Source: a virus (taxonomy: Duplodnaviria; Caudoviricetes). Taken from it: 47,752 nucleotides of DNA. Position numbers and translations under genes: made by a program. A model generated the notes under the pieces. It was not told the origin of the DNA and did not search any database. It was given only the letters and a program-made list of their open reading frames with translations. Shown here in pieces: positions 25,169-32,840 of this stretch; the stretch's first letter is position 1, and the number at the start of each line of letters is the position of its first letter. The stretch spans positions 1 to 47,752 of the IMG/VR virus record IMGVR_UViG_3300012041_000009, one strand, 5' to 3'.

Positions 25169-25659
25169 TTCACCGCCTCACCCGTGTCTTCGAACTTCGC
25201 GAAGGGATCCGCTGGCTGCTCCGGCGCCTCGACGACCGGCTTCCCGATCGGCGCCAGGCGGAACTTCAACATCCCGGACTCCACGCGCTGGTACCAACCC
25301 CGGTGATCCGTCAGAAGCGGGTGCTTCTCCCCACCCACGCAGAACCCGTCACGCCGAATCCGGCGCATCAGGCCGTCCCGGACGACGATCGCTTCGCAGA
25401 GATCCCGAAACGCCGCAGCCGTGCCGGCGGACAACGTCCGCGCGTCGAACGCGTGCGGCGCCAAGCCTTCCCAGATCCGCCGCGCCGCCTTCGAGAGACC
25501 CCGAGGCGGCCCGAACCGCTCGATCTCCGCCAGCGCCCGCTCGGCCGGGCCCTTCCCGCGGCCGATCTTGCTCGCGTCGCCGCTCAACCAGTGCTGAAAC
25601 TCGGTGTTCCGCTTCCGTCCGGCTCCGACTCGCGCGCCGCCGCTTCCCTTCCCGCCCAT
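25165..25659 (-). CDS. Terminase small subunit (P27-like)
   Basis: GGARVGAGRK, PPRGLSKAARRIW, KHPLL, KFRLAP. Confidence 0.85.
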   Translation of the reverse strand: MGGKGSGGARVGAGRKRNTEFQHWLSGDASKIGRGKGPAERALAEIERFGPPRGLSKAARRIWEGLAPHAFDARTLSAGTAAAFRDLCEAIVVRDGLMRRIRRDGFCVGGEKHPLLTDHRGWYQRVESGMLKFRLAPIGKPVVEAPEQPADPFAKFEDTGEAVN

Positions 25660-25791
25660 GATTCAAACCGCCTCACCCGCAACTACCTGCCAGATCCAGA
25701 GATAGAGCCTTTTGAATTCCCGGCCATTCAGCGAAGGCTTCCTGAACGGTTTCCGGGCCAAACGGTTTCGAGTTTCTCCTCCCCATCCCCG

Positions 25792-26139
25792 TCAGCGACT
25801 CCGCGCGCGCCCTCGCCGTGCCTCCTCCGCCGTCTTCACATCCGAACAGGCCTGACACAGCGGCTGCACGTTGCTCTCGTCGTCGAGTCCGCCTTCGGCC
25901 AATGGGATCACGTGATCTCGGATCGTGGCCGCGGTCGCGCGGCCTTCTCGCGCGCAGGCTCGGCACAGCGGTTCCTGGCTGAACAACCTCGCCCGCATCG
26001 CCTGGAGATGGCGCCCCCTGATACGCTGGCGCGCCTGCGGGGCCTGCCACGGTTCTCGCTGGTGCTGCGCGCAGCGCCCGGCCTTGACGACGTTCGGGCA
26101 CCGCGGCGCCGCGCAGAGACGCATTGGGCTTGTTGCCAC
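25792..26139 (-). CDS. HNH endonuclease (HK97 gp74-like packaging cofactor)
   Basis: PLCRAC...DHVIPLAEGGLDDESNVQPLCQAC; immediately upstream of TerS. Confidence 0.85.
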   Translation of the reverse strand: MATSPMRLCAAPRCPNVVKAGRCAQHQREPWQAPQARQRIRGRHLQAMRARLFSQEPLCRACAREGRATAATIRDHVIPLAEGGLDDESNVQPLCQACSDVKTAEEARRGRARSR

Positions 26140-26142
26140 GGC

Positions 26143-26436
26143 TCAGCCTGCACGCTGCTGAGCGCGGCGCCGGCGGTCGCTGGCCGCTGCGCGGAGTCGA
26201 TGCTTCAGACAGCGAGCGAACCGGCCGACTGACTCATGACACCCGAACGAGAGGCACAGGCCGGCCGCCCTACGCTCCGAGCGCACCATCTGCGTCCATG
26301 AGTTCCTGAGTTCCCGGTGCACTGGACAGTAGAGGCCCAGGGGGCCCATGGCGCAGCCCTCGACCAGGCAGAGACCGGCTGCTCTCCGCTCTTCCCGCAC
26401 CTTCGCATCACGTCGCCTGGCGTGGGCTGGCCTCAT
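26143..26436 (-). CDS. Small Cys/His zinc-finger repeat protein
   Basis: Two ERRAAGLC..GC....C..H repeats. Confidence 0.5.
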   Translation of the reverse strand: MRPAHARRRDAKVREERRAAGLCLVEGCAMGPLGLYCPVHRELRNSWTQMVRSERRAAGLCLSFGCHESVGRFARCLKHRLRAAASDRRRRAQQRAG

Positions 26437-26446
26437 AGAGACCCCA

Positions 26447-26773
26447 TCAACGTGTCTGCACCAGCACCTGGATGCTGCGCTCCTTCGTCTGGGCGGGCGT
26501 CTCGCTCGTCACGATCCGGTTATCGAGCTGATACAGCGCCCCGAGCGTCCCAGCCGTGAGCCGCACCTGGGTCTTGCGATCACCCGTGAGGATGCTCGGT
26601 TCGTCCTTGGTCAGTGCGGTATCGGACGCCGGCTGCAGGGCGGTGATCGTCCAGGTGCTCGTCGCGATGGTCACGCCAGCGGCGAGATGGGTCGCGTCCC
26701 AATCGAACACGAGGACGGTGACATCGCTCGGGTCTTTCACGATCAGGGCGCCATCGTCAACGGTCAGGCTCAT
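26447..26773 (-). CDS. Putative virion fibre adaptor/structural protein
   Basis: KDPSDVTVLVFDW...TQVRLTAGT...NRIVT...ERSIQV pattern of small phage structural proteins. Confidence 0.6.
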   Translation of the reverse strand: MSLTVDDGALIVKDPSDVTVLVFDWDATHLAAGVTIATSTWTITALQPASDTALTKDEPSILTGDRKTQVRLTAGTLGALYQLDNRIVTSETPAQTKERSIQVLVQTR

Positions 26774-27261
26774 GTCATCACACTCGTGCCCACGTCTGGC
26801 CTCACCCGAATCGTCCCGACGTCCTGGCTCACCAAGACGATGACGTCGGGCGTTGGCGCCGTGAGATTGTTCGCGTCCTGAATGATGCCCGTGACCGTCG
26901 CCGCGCCGGCCGACGATCCGGCCCCGGCATGGGTCGAGGCTCCGACACCCGTGACCGTGCTGGTGCCCGCGGCCGCGCCGGCGCCGTCGAACTGGGCGGC
27001 CCCGACGCCGGTAACCGTCGCGCTTCCGGCACTGGACCCAGCCCCGTCGAACAGCGCCGCGCCGACGCCCGTGACCGTGGCCGTGCCCGCGCTCGAGCCC
27101 GCCCCCTGCACCGAGGTCTGCGCGGCGATGCCGCTGTAGCTGTGGGCGCTGTGCTGCCGGTCGCCAGCATCAATGACCCCGTCCGCGAGCGGCGGCGCCA
27201 GGACGAACGCCAGCAGCAAGCCGACTGAGGACGCACGCTTCGACCGGGTATCGAGGTCCAT
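26770..27261 (-). CDS. Putative structural protein with 20-aa Gly/Ala/Thr repeats
   Basis: About four copies of GAGSSAGTATVTGVGAALFD. Confidence 0.65.
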   Translation of the reverse strand: MDLDTRSKRASSVGLLLAFVLAPPLADGVIDAGDRQHSAHSYSGIAAQTSVQGAGSSAGTATVTGVGAALFDGAGSSAGSATVTGVGAAQFDGAGAAAGTSTVTGVGASTHAGAGSSAGAATVTGIIQDANNLTAPTPDVIVLVSQDVGTIRVRPDVGTSVMT

Positions 27262-27701
27262 CAGCCTTCAGTGATGGTGGTGCCGGTCGTGAGCTGCGGG
27301 GTCACGCCGACGGCCATCGTCAGGTTCGGCGACACCGCGCCTTTGTAGAGCAGCACGCCCGCGCCACTCGCCGCGGTGCCGAGGCCGAAGTGTGTGATGG
27401 CGGCACCAGGCGAGGCCGTGCACGCCGGGAAGCTGGCCGTGGCCGCCAGCGTCACGCTGTCACCCGACACCGTGAAGCCAGCCCCAGACCGCGCCACCGC
27501 CACGCGGGCATACGTCGTATACCCGGTTTCGTTCGTCGTCTGGTCGCCGCCCTCACCAGGGTCGGCCGTGTGCAGCGACAGGTAGAAGCTGCCCGCCGCC
27601 GAGCTCCCGCGCAGCCCGGTCGCATCGCCCACGTTGGCGAAGTTCGTGTTGTTGAATAAAAGCAACAGCAAACCGGTTTCCCACGAGTTACTCTTACTCA
27701 T
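27261..27701 (-). CDS. Putative fibre/structural protein
   Basis: YLSLHTADPGEGGDQTTNETGYTTYARVAVAR...ITHFGLG; AGGAG SD. Confidence 0.7.
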   Translation of the reverse strand: MSKSNSWETGLLLLLFNNTNFANVGDATGLRGSSAAGSFYLSLHTADPGEGGDQTTNETGYTTYARVAVARSGAGFTVSGDSVTLAATASFPACTASPGAAITHFGLGTAASGAGVLLYKGAVSPNLTMAVGVTPQLTTGTTITEG

Positions 27702-27724
27702 TGCTTTACTCCTGAGGACAGCCC

Positions 27725-28342
27725 GTGGCGCGCCCCATCAACCACGCTCCATTGGAGCCACATCCATCGATCGGTTCTGAGCGCCGAGTCCTGCGGATCT
27801 ACAAGACTCGCACGCTCGCGGCGCCTGTCACGTGCGAACACTGCGGCTCGCTCAGGTGGTATTCCTGCTCGACGCTGCGGCAACAGCTGAAGCGGCCGAA
27901 TTTCACGGGCCAATGCAGAACATGCAGCCAGAAACAGACCCGCCTTGGTTATTACCGATGGGCAAGGCGCACGCTGATCGGACGACGATCCATCGCGAGC
28001 AGCGGATACGTCATCATTGGCCCGACTCGCGTCGATGATGCTGACTTGCCTCTGTTTCGTCTGATGCAGACGAAGGGCGCTAAAGGGGTATCCGAGCATC
28101 GGTGGGTCATGGCGAAGCACTTGGGCCGACCGCTGCGTTCTGACGAGTGCATCGACCACATGAACGGCGACAAGACCGACAACAGCCTGGAGAACCTGCG
28201 TATTTACCTGAAGGGCAAACAGCAACCAGGCTCCAGTAACGGATACGGCACCTACTACCACGAGTGGCAGATGGCCGAACGACGCATCGCGAAGTTGCAG
28301 GCTCTGCATCATGGTCCTGTCGCGAACTCGCCCCTGGTGTAA
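27725..28342 (+). CDS. HNH homing endonuclease inserted antisense in the late operon
   Basis: SSGYV...EHRWVMAKHLGRPLRSDECIDHMNGDKTDNSLENL; more AT-rich than its neighbours. Confidence 0.85.
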   Translation: MARPINHAPLEPHPSIGSERRVLRIYKTRTLAAPVTCEHCGSLRWYSCSTLRQQLKRPNFTGQCRTCSQKQTRLGYYRWARRTLIGRRSIASSGYVIIGPTRVDDADLPLFRLMQTKGAKGVSEHRWVMAKHLGRPLRSDECIDHMNGDKTDNSLENLRIYLKGKQQPGSSNGYGTYYHEWQMAERRIAKLQALHHGPVANSPLV

Positions 28343-29766
28343 GTCGTGCCGTCATCCGACTGCGTGGCCTTGTGGTCGACCGTTGACCCGTCGTCGGCGA
28401 AGACCTTGATCGTCGTCGCGTCCTGCGTGATCTTGTTGCGCAGGAACTTGTAGGCGTAGTCGAGTTTCTGCAGCGCCGTGGCGTTCACCGCTGGCGTCCC
28501 CTGCCCAGGTTCGGCGCGCGCTGCTTCGAACATCGCCGCGAGCGCGTCGGTGACCTCACTCTGCACCTCGGCATCCCACGCCGCATTCCACGGCACCGCC
28601 GTCAGCCCAGCTCCGGCCGCTCCGACGTTGTCTCGGATGGCCTCGAGACTGTCGGTTGCCCGGTCGAACCCGGCGCCGTTGTCGGCCAACTGTCCGATGA
28701 CCGAATCCGCATGCACCGTCGTCGGGAAGTCGGTATCGGCCGCGATCTTGACGAGGTGGTCCAGGTTCTGCGCCACGAGCGCATCGTTGGCCTCGGACTG
28801 GATCTGGGCCGCGGCGGTCGCGTTCCAGGTGACGTTGGAATCCGACTTCGGCACCTTGGCGAGCTCGGCGGCGGTCGCGAGCGCGGTCAGGCCGGCGCCG
28901 GCCGCCCCAATGTCATCGGTCTGGGCTTCAATCGCGGCGATGTCGGCGCTGACGCTGGCGCCGGCCGGCGTGCCGAGAATCGCCAGGACCGCATCATCCG
29001 CACTCGCCAGCGCAGTCGCCAGCTCCGCATTCGTCGGGAGATCGTCGACGCTGGCCTGAGACGCCCGCGTCGTCAGCCCGGCTCCGGCTGCGCCAACCTG
29101 CTCGGACACGTAGCGCAAGGCTTCCGCCAGCGACACGGCATTCCCGGCTGCGGCAGCCGAGGGATACGTGGGCACGCCAGCCGACCCGACCAGGGTGTTT
29201 ACGATCTGCTTCACGTACTGCATGATCGTGTCGCTCGTCGTCGGGTCGCCGTCCACGGCCGCGTCCGCCAGGGCGCCAAGGACCGACGCCAGCGCCACGT
29301 TGCCGGTGATGCGGCCCAGGAAGGTATCGAGGTCGAGGCCGCCAGCGTCCGAGATTGGTAATCCACCAGCCGCATCGGCTGCGGCATTCGGCAGCGAGGT
29401 CAGCCCGAGCCGCACCGCGTCCTGCAGATCCACGTCGAGCAGATGCACGTAGCAGCCGATGACGATCATGCCGGTGACCGTGCCGCCGACCTGCACGCCG
29501 TTGGCGCCGGTCGCCACCGCCGCATCGGGCAGGTCCAACCGGTAGTACCCGTCGCCGATGTGCAGGATGCCGCCGTCCGAGTGGGCGTCGTTCAGGGCCG
29601 AGAGGGTCGCCTCGGTGATGCTCGTCTTGACCGCGCCCTCACGCCGGTACCAGAGGTCAATACCGGTCGTGTTGAAGACGACGCCCGTCTCGGGCGTCCC
29701 ATCCGCCGAGTCGATGATGCGAATGACGACCGACTGGTCGGTCAGCCCCTTCTTGATGGCCCGCAT
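28309..29766 (-). CDS. Putative virion fibre protein (Ala/Asp/Thr-rich, internal repeats)
   Basis: GDGYYRLDLPDAA N-terminal domain; repeated GAAGAGLT and WNA...QSE..DAL. Confidence 0.65.
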   Translation of the reverse strand: MRAIKKGLTDQSVVIRIIDSADGTPETGVVFNTTGIDLWYRREGAVKTSITEATLSALNDAHSDGGILHIGDGYYRLDLPDAAVATGANGVQVGGTVTGMIVIGCYVHLLDVDLQDAVRLGLTSLPNAAADAAGGLPISDAGGLDLDTFLGRITGNVALASVLGALADAAVDGDPTTSDTIMQYVKQIVNTLVGSAGVPTYPSAAAAGNAVSLAEALRYVSEQVGAAGAGLTTRASQASVDDLPTNAELATALASADDAVLAILGTPAGASVSADIAAIEAQTDDIGAAGAGLTALATAAELAKVPKSDSNVTWNATAAAQIQSEANDALVAQNLDHLVKIAADTDFPTTVHADSVIGQLADNGAGFDRATDSLEAIRDNVGAAGAGLTAVPWNAAWDAEVQSEVTDALAAMFEAARAEPGQGTPAVNATALQKLDYAYKFLRNKITQDATTIKVFADDGSTVDHKATQSDDGTTYTRGEFATGP

Positions 29767-29767
29767 G

Positions 29768-30133
29768 TCAGGCGCCCGTGCTCTGCGACCCCGCGATGAC
29801 GCCGAGACTCACGAGCCCGCTCTCGAGCGCGTTCTGGGCGTTGGTGATGATGGTGTTCACCGACGTGATCTGCGCGCCGGACAGCTGCACCTGGCGGTAG
29901 AAGTCCAGCTGCGTCACCTCGATTGTCAGCACGCCCGTCGAGTTGTTGATCCGGAGCGTGCCCGTGATCGGCTGCATCTGCGGACTCCCGGTGGCCGTGA
30001 GCTTGATCACGCCAGTCACCAGTAGCGTGCTCGGGTCCAACGTGAACGGACCTATCACCAGGCGGTTATAGGGGACCGGCGCGCTGCCGCCGAGCACGGA
30101 GTTGATCTGGGGAGGCGTCGTCAGGGTGATCAC
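29768..30133 (-). CDS. Hypothetical protein, probably structural
   Basis: 121-aa ORF tightly packed in the cluster. Confidence 0.6.
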   Translation of the reverse strand: MITLTTPPQINSVLGGSAPVPYNRLVIGPFTLDPSTLLVTGVIKLTATGSPQMQPITGTLRINNSTGVLTIEVTQLDFYRQVQLSGAQITSVNTIITNAQNALESGLVSLGVIAGSQSTGA

Positions 30134-30134
30134 G

Positions 30135-30899
30135 TTAGGCTGCCTTTCCGAGAGCGCGACCGATGATGAACTGCTGCCGCTGCCGGGCCTGCTGGGCGTG
30201 CTCGGGCCGGAATGACCGGGCGCTCATATGCTCATGGGCCAGCATCTGGCGCACGACTCCGCCACCACCACCCGCCGCGGCCTTGAAGGTCGCCACGGCC
30301 GCCGCAACGCTTCCGTCAGAGGCGGCAAAGGTGAAGGACGGATTTCTCGCGGTCGCCGTGGTTTGGATTTGATACGACGAGCCAAAGCCCACGCTGGGTG
30401 CCGTATTCGGTCCATGATGCACCAGCGTGAAACTGGCGCTGACCGCCGTCACGTCCTCGACGTTGGTCGAGGCGAACGCGACGAGGAGTTCGTTGTCTTC
30501 GGACGGCGTCACGGACCCGGTCGCGAGCGACGACACGGTGACGGCACCCGCGCCATTTTCCTGATCGAAGGGCGAGGCGAGCTTCACGCCAGAGAACCCG
30601 AAGACCGTCACGACCGGATAGATCGCAACACCACCACCAGACACCGTGAACGTATGCCCACTCCCAACGGTCGGGCTCACGGTGTAATAGATCCGCATCC
30701 TGGACCCGACGCCCCCCTGCTGTAAGGTGAGCGCCGTCCAGGAATTCGACTTGGAATCACTGATCGCCGGCGCCGTGCCACCGTACGAATGGGCACCCAG
30801 CACCAGCAGATCCACGCCGGAGGTATTAATGGCATCCGAGGTGACGATGGTGATGTCAGAATTGACCTTGAAGGTGTCCACGAGCAACGAGAACGCCAT
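30135..30899 (-). CDS. Putative structural beta-sandwich protein (Ser/Thr-rich)
   Basis: ISDSKSNSWT...TVGSGHTFT...TGSVTPSEDNELLV. Confidence 0.65.
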   Translation of the reverse strand: MAFSLLVDTFKVNSDITIVTSDAINTSGVDLLVLGAHSYGGTAPAISDSKSNSWTALTLQQGGVGSRMRIYYTVSPTVGSGHTFTVSGGGVAIYPVVTVFGFSGVKLASPFDQENGAGAVTVSSLATGSVTPSEDNELLVAFASTNVEDVTAVSASFTLVHHGPNTAPSVGFGSSYQIQTTATARNPSFTFAASDGSVAAAVATFKAAAGGGGGVVRQMLAHEHMSARSFRPEHAQQARQRQQFIIGRALGKAA

Positions 30900-31020
30900 C
30901 AGCCGACCTTCTCGCCAGCGGCGAGCATCGTGTGCGGTCGAATGAAGATGTTCCCGCTAACCCACTCTGGCTTCATAAGTTGCTCGGGGCCACGACATTC
31001 GCAATGAGGGAGTAGGCCAA
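30899..31020 (-). pseudogene. Two coupled mini-ORFs, probably gene stubs (MAYSLIANVVAPSNL; MKPEWVSGNIFIRPHTMLAAGEKVG)
   Basis: Translated by hand; 30973-31020 and 30899-30976, joined by ATGA and TGATG overlaps. Confidence 0.4.
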
Positions 31021-31021
31021 C

Positions 31022-31315
31022 CTACGCAACCGCCTCAGCCACCCGCCACCCGCGTGCCGTCGGCCGCACCAGGCCGTCCTGCCGCATCTCGCTCAACGTC
31101 ACACGGAACGTGCCCTCGGTGAACACCCCGCCGCAGACGTGCTGATGGGACGCAATCTCGGCAACCGAGCAGGGCTGAAACAAGTGCAGCACCCGCAGCG
31201 CGACATCCCGCGCCCGCAGACCGCCCGTCCGCTGCAGGTGCTGGGGCGCCGACGCGCGCCGCTTCGCCGCCTGCCACTGCCGCACGCGACGCGGGATGGG
31301 ATCAGCGACCTTCAC
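31022..31315 (-). CDS. Winged-helix DNA-binding protein
   Basis: VALRVLHLFQPCSVAEIA...FRVTLSEMRQDGLVRPTARGW; start uncertain. Confidence 0.55.
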   Translation of the reverse strand: MKVADPIPRRVRQWQAAKRRASAPQHLQRTGGLRARDVALRVLHLFQPCSVAEIASHQHVCGGVFTEGTFRVTLSEMRQDGLVRPTARGWRVAEAVA

Positions 31316-31856
31316 AGGCGAACACCAACAAGATCTTCTTGTTCGGGATGTCAGGGAAGGCGATGAGCTGTCGCCAGCCCCAGACCAGCATCTGCCAGAT
31401 GCGCTCGGCCTGCTTCTGCCGGTCGGCGGCCGAGTTCGGGTCCAGCGCGTTGTAGCCGTGGATGATGGAGCCTGTGGGCCGCTCGGTCGTGGCTGTCGTC
31501 CCGGGTGGCGCATAGAGGCAGGGAGCGCCCACCGTGATGACTGCCGCTGCGCTGGTGGCCCGTGCCCCGTTCGCCCCTTCGGCCGTGATGCGGAACTCCC
31601 GGCGCCCGGGTGCCGTCAGCGTCACCGGCAGCAGGATCTGCCAGTCGCGCCACACGTCGAGCGGCTGCCACTGGCTCACGGGCTGGCCGTTCTCCGTCAC
31701 CAGATACATGACCGTCGCCGCGCCATCGGGATGGTCAGCCGCCAGCCGCACGGTCTGGCCGACCTTGTAGTCCGTCAGGCGCACGGGTGGGTTGTCCTGC
31801 GCGTGGAGCCCCCCGCAGGCGGCCACGACCAGTAGCAGCGCCAGGGCGAGCCGCAT
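31302..31856 (-). CDS. Secreted or lipoprotein-like protein
   Basis: MRLALALLLVVAAC signal peptide with a possible lipobox. Confidence 0.65.
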   Translation of the reverse strand: MRLALALLLVVAACGGLHAQDNPPVRLTDYKVGQTVRLAADHPDGAATVMYLVTENGQPVSQWQPLDVWRDWQILLPVTLTAPGRREFRITAEGANGARATSAAAVITVGAPCLYAPPGTTATTERPTGSIIHGYNALDPNSAADRQKQAERIWQMLVWGWRQLIAFPDIPNKKILLVFACEGR

Positions 31857-32182
31857 CAGACCTCGTCGGGTGGCGGCGGAGGCGGGATCTGGCCGCCGGG
31901 CGCGACCGTGTCATCCCCGAGCTTCTTCGCCTTCGCCGCGAGATCCTCGACCATCGCCGTCACGGCCTCGAACTGCGCCATCTCCGCCGGGGTCAAGCTC
32001 TCCGGCTGCGGCAGGTTCGCGATCGCCGCCTGGAGCTCGGTCACGTCCTCCGCGATCTCGGCCTGCGCGGCGGCCTGGATCGCGGCCGCGGCTTCCAGAC
32101 GCGTCAGCTTCGCGCGAATGTCGTCAAGCTGGCCCATGATGTGTCCTAACTCTGGGAGGTGCACGTGGATGTGCGTGTCCAC
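31856..32182 (-). CDS. Coiled-coil protein with poly-Pro C-terminus
   Basis: LDDIRAKLTRLEAAAA...PPPPPPDEV; alternative ATG start at 32138. Confidence 0.65.
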   Translation of the reverse strand: MDTHIHVHLPELGHIMGQLDDIRAKLTRLEAAAAIQAAAQAEIAEDVTELQAAIANLPQPESLTPAEMAQFEAVTAMVEDLAAKAKKLGDDTVAPGGQIPPPPPPDEV

Positions 32183-32245
32183 ACAGCAGGCAGTATGTGA
32201 CGGCGTAGGTCCAGCAGGAGCACCTGACTCGCCGAGATCTCGGAT

Positions 32246-32467
32246 CTACCGACGCGCGGTAGTCGAGATGTCGGTCTTCGTGGCTTTCGGGAGATAGGTC
32301 ATTCCACGTGGAACGAGGCGGTGCACGTGCTCGTGTGTGATGTAGTGCGCGCCGCAGGCGTCGCAGCAGCGGAGGCGATCGGAGCCGCGCGAATCGAGCA
32401 CGCGGCTGATGGCGTGCTGGCAGGAGGGGCAGCAGATCTTGGCGGCGCTGCGGCGACGTGGTGTCAC
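32246..32467 (-). CDS. NrdR-N/Ogr-Delta-like zinc-finger regulator (candidate late activator)
   Basis: CPSCQHAISRVLDSR...RLRCCDACGAHYITHE; last early gene before the late genes. Confidence 0.65.
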   Translation of the reverse strand: MTPRRRSAAKICCPSCQHAISRVLDSRGSDRLRCCDACGAHYITHEHVHRLVPRGMTYLPKATKTDISTTARR

Positions 32468-32679
32468 CTGGTGACCTCCAGCGAGATCGCCGGGCCACCG
32501 CACGCTGGACAAGGCCTCGGCAGGCCTGCCATCAGGAACCGGAGGCGGCACCGGCAGCAGCGATACCGGGACGGGTCCTCGCGATGCGGCTCGCGCGGCG
32601 GGCGCCCGGCCCACGGAAAGCGCGAGCCGCCTCCGCCGCGGCCGATCGAGCGGAGGATCGTGCTGCGAGGGATCGCCAT
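32464..32679 (-). CDS. Small zinc-ribbon protein
   Basis: YRCCRC...CPACGG; GTGA overlap with the next gene. Confidence 0.5.
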   Translation of the reverse strand: MAIPRSTILRSIGRGGGGSRFPWAGRPPREPHREDPSRYRCCRCRLRFLMAGLPRPCPACGGPAISLEVTR

Positions 32680-32840
32680 CAGCGGGCCTTCCTGGCCTTC
32701 TGCCGAGGCGTAGCCTTTTCCGGCTTCGTACACGCGTGGCCGACGTTCGGCTGAATGAGCACACCGCAGAGCGGACACGACATGCCGGCCATCGTGGTGA
32801 AGATCTGGCAGTGGGCGTAGGTGGTCGACGTTCTTCGCCA

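Noticed and set aside
27698-28312. Minus-strand 204-aa ORF filling the gap in the late operon
   Set aside because: It is the antisense shadow of the plus-strand HNH gene, which has clear motifs
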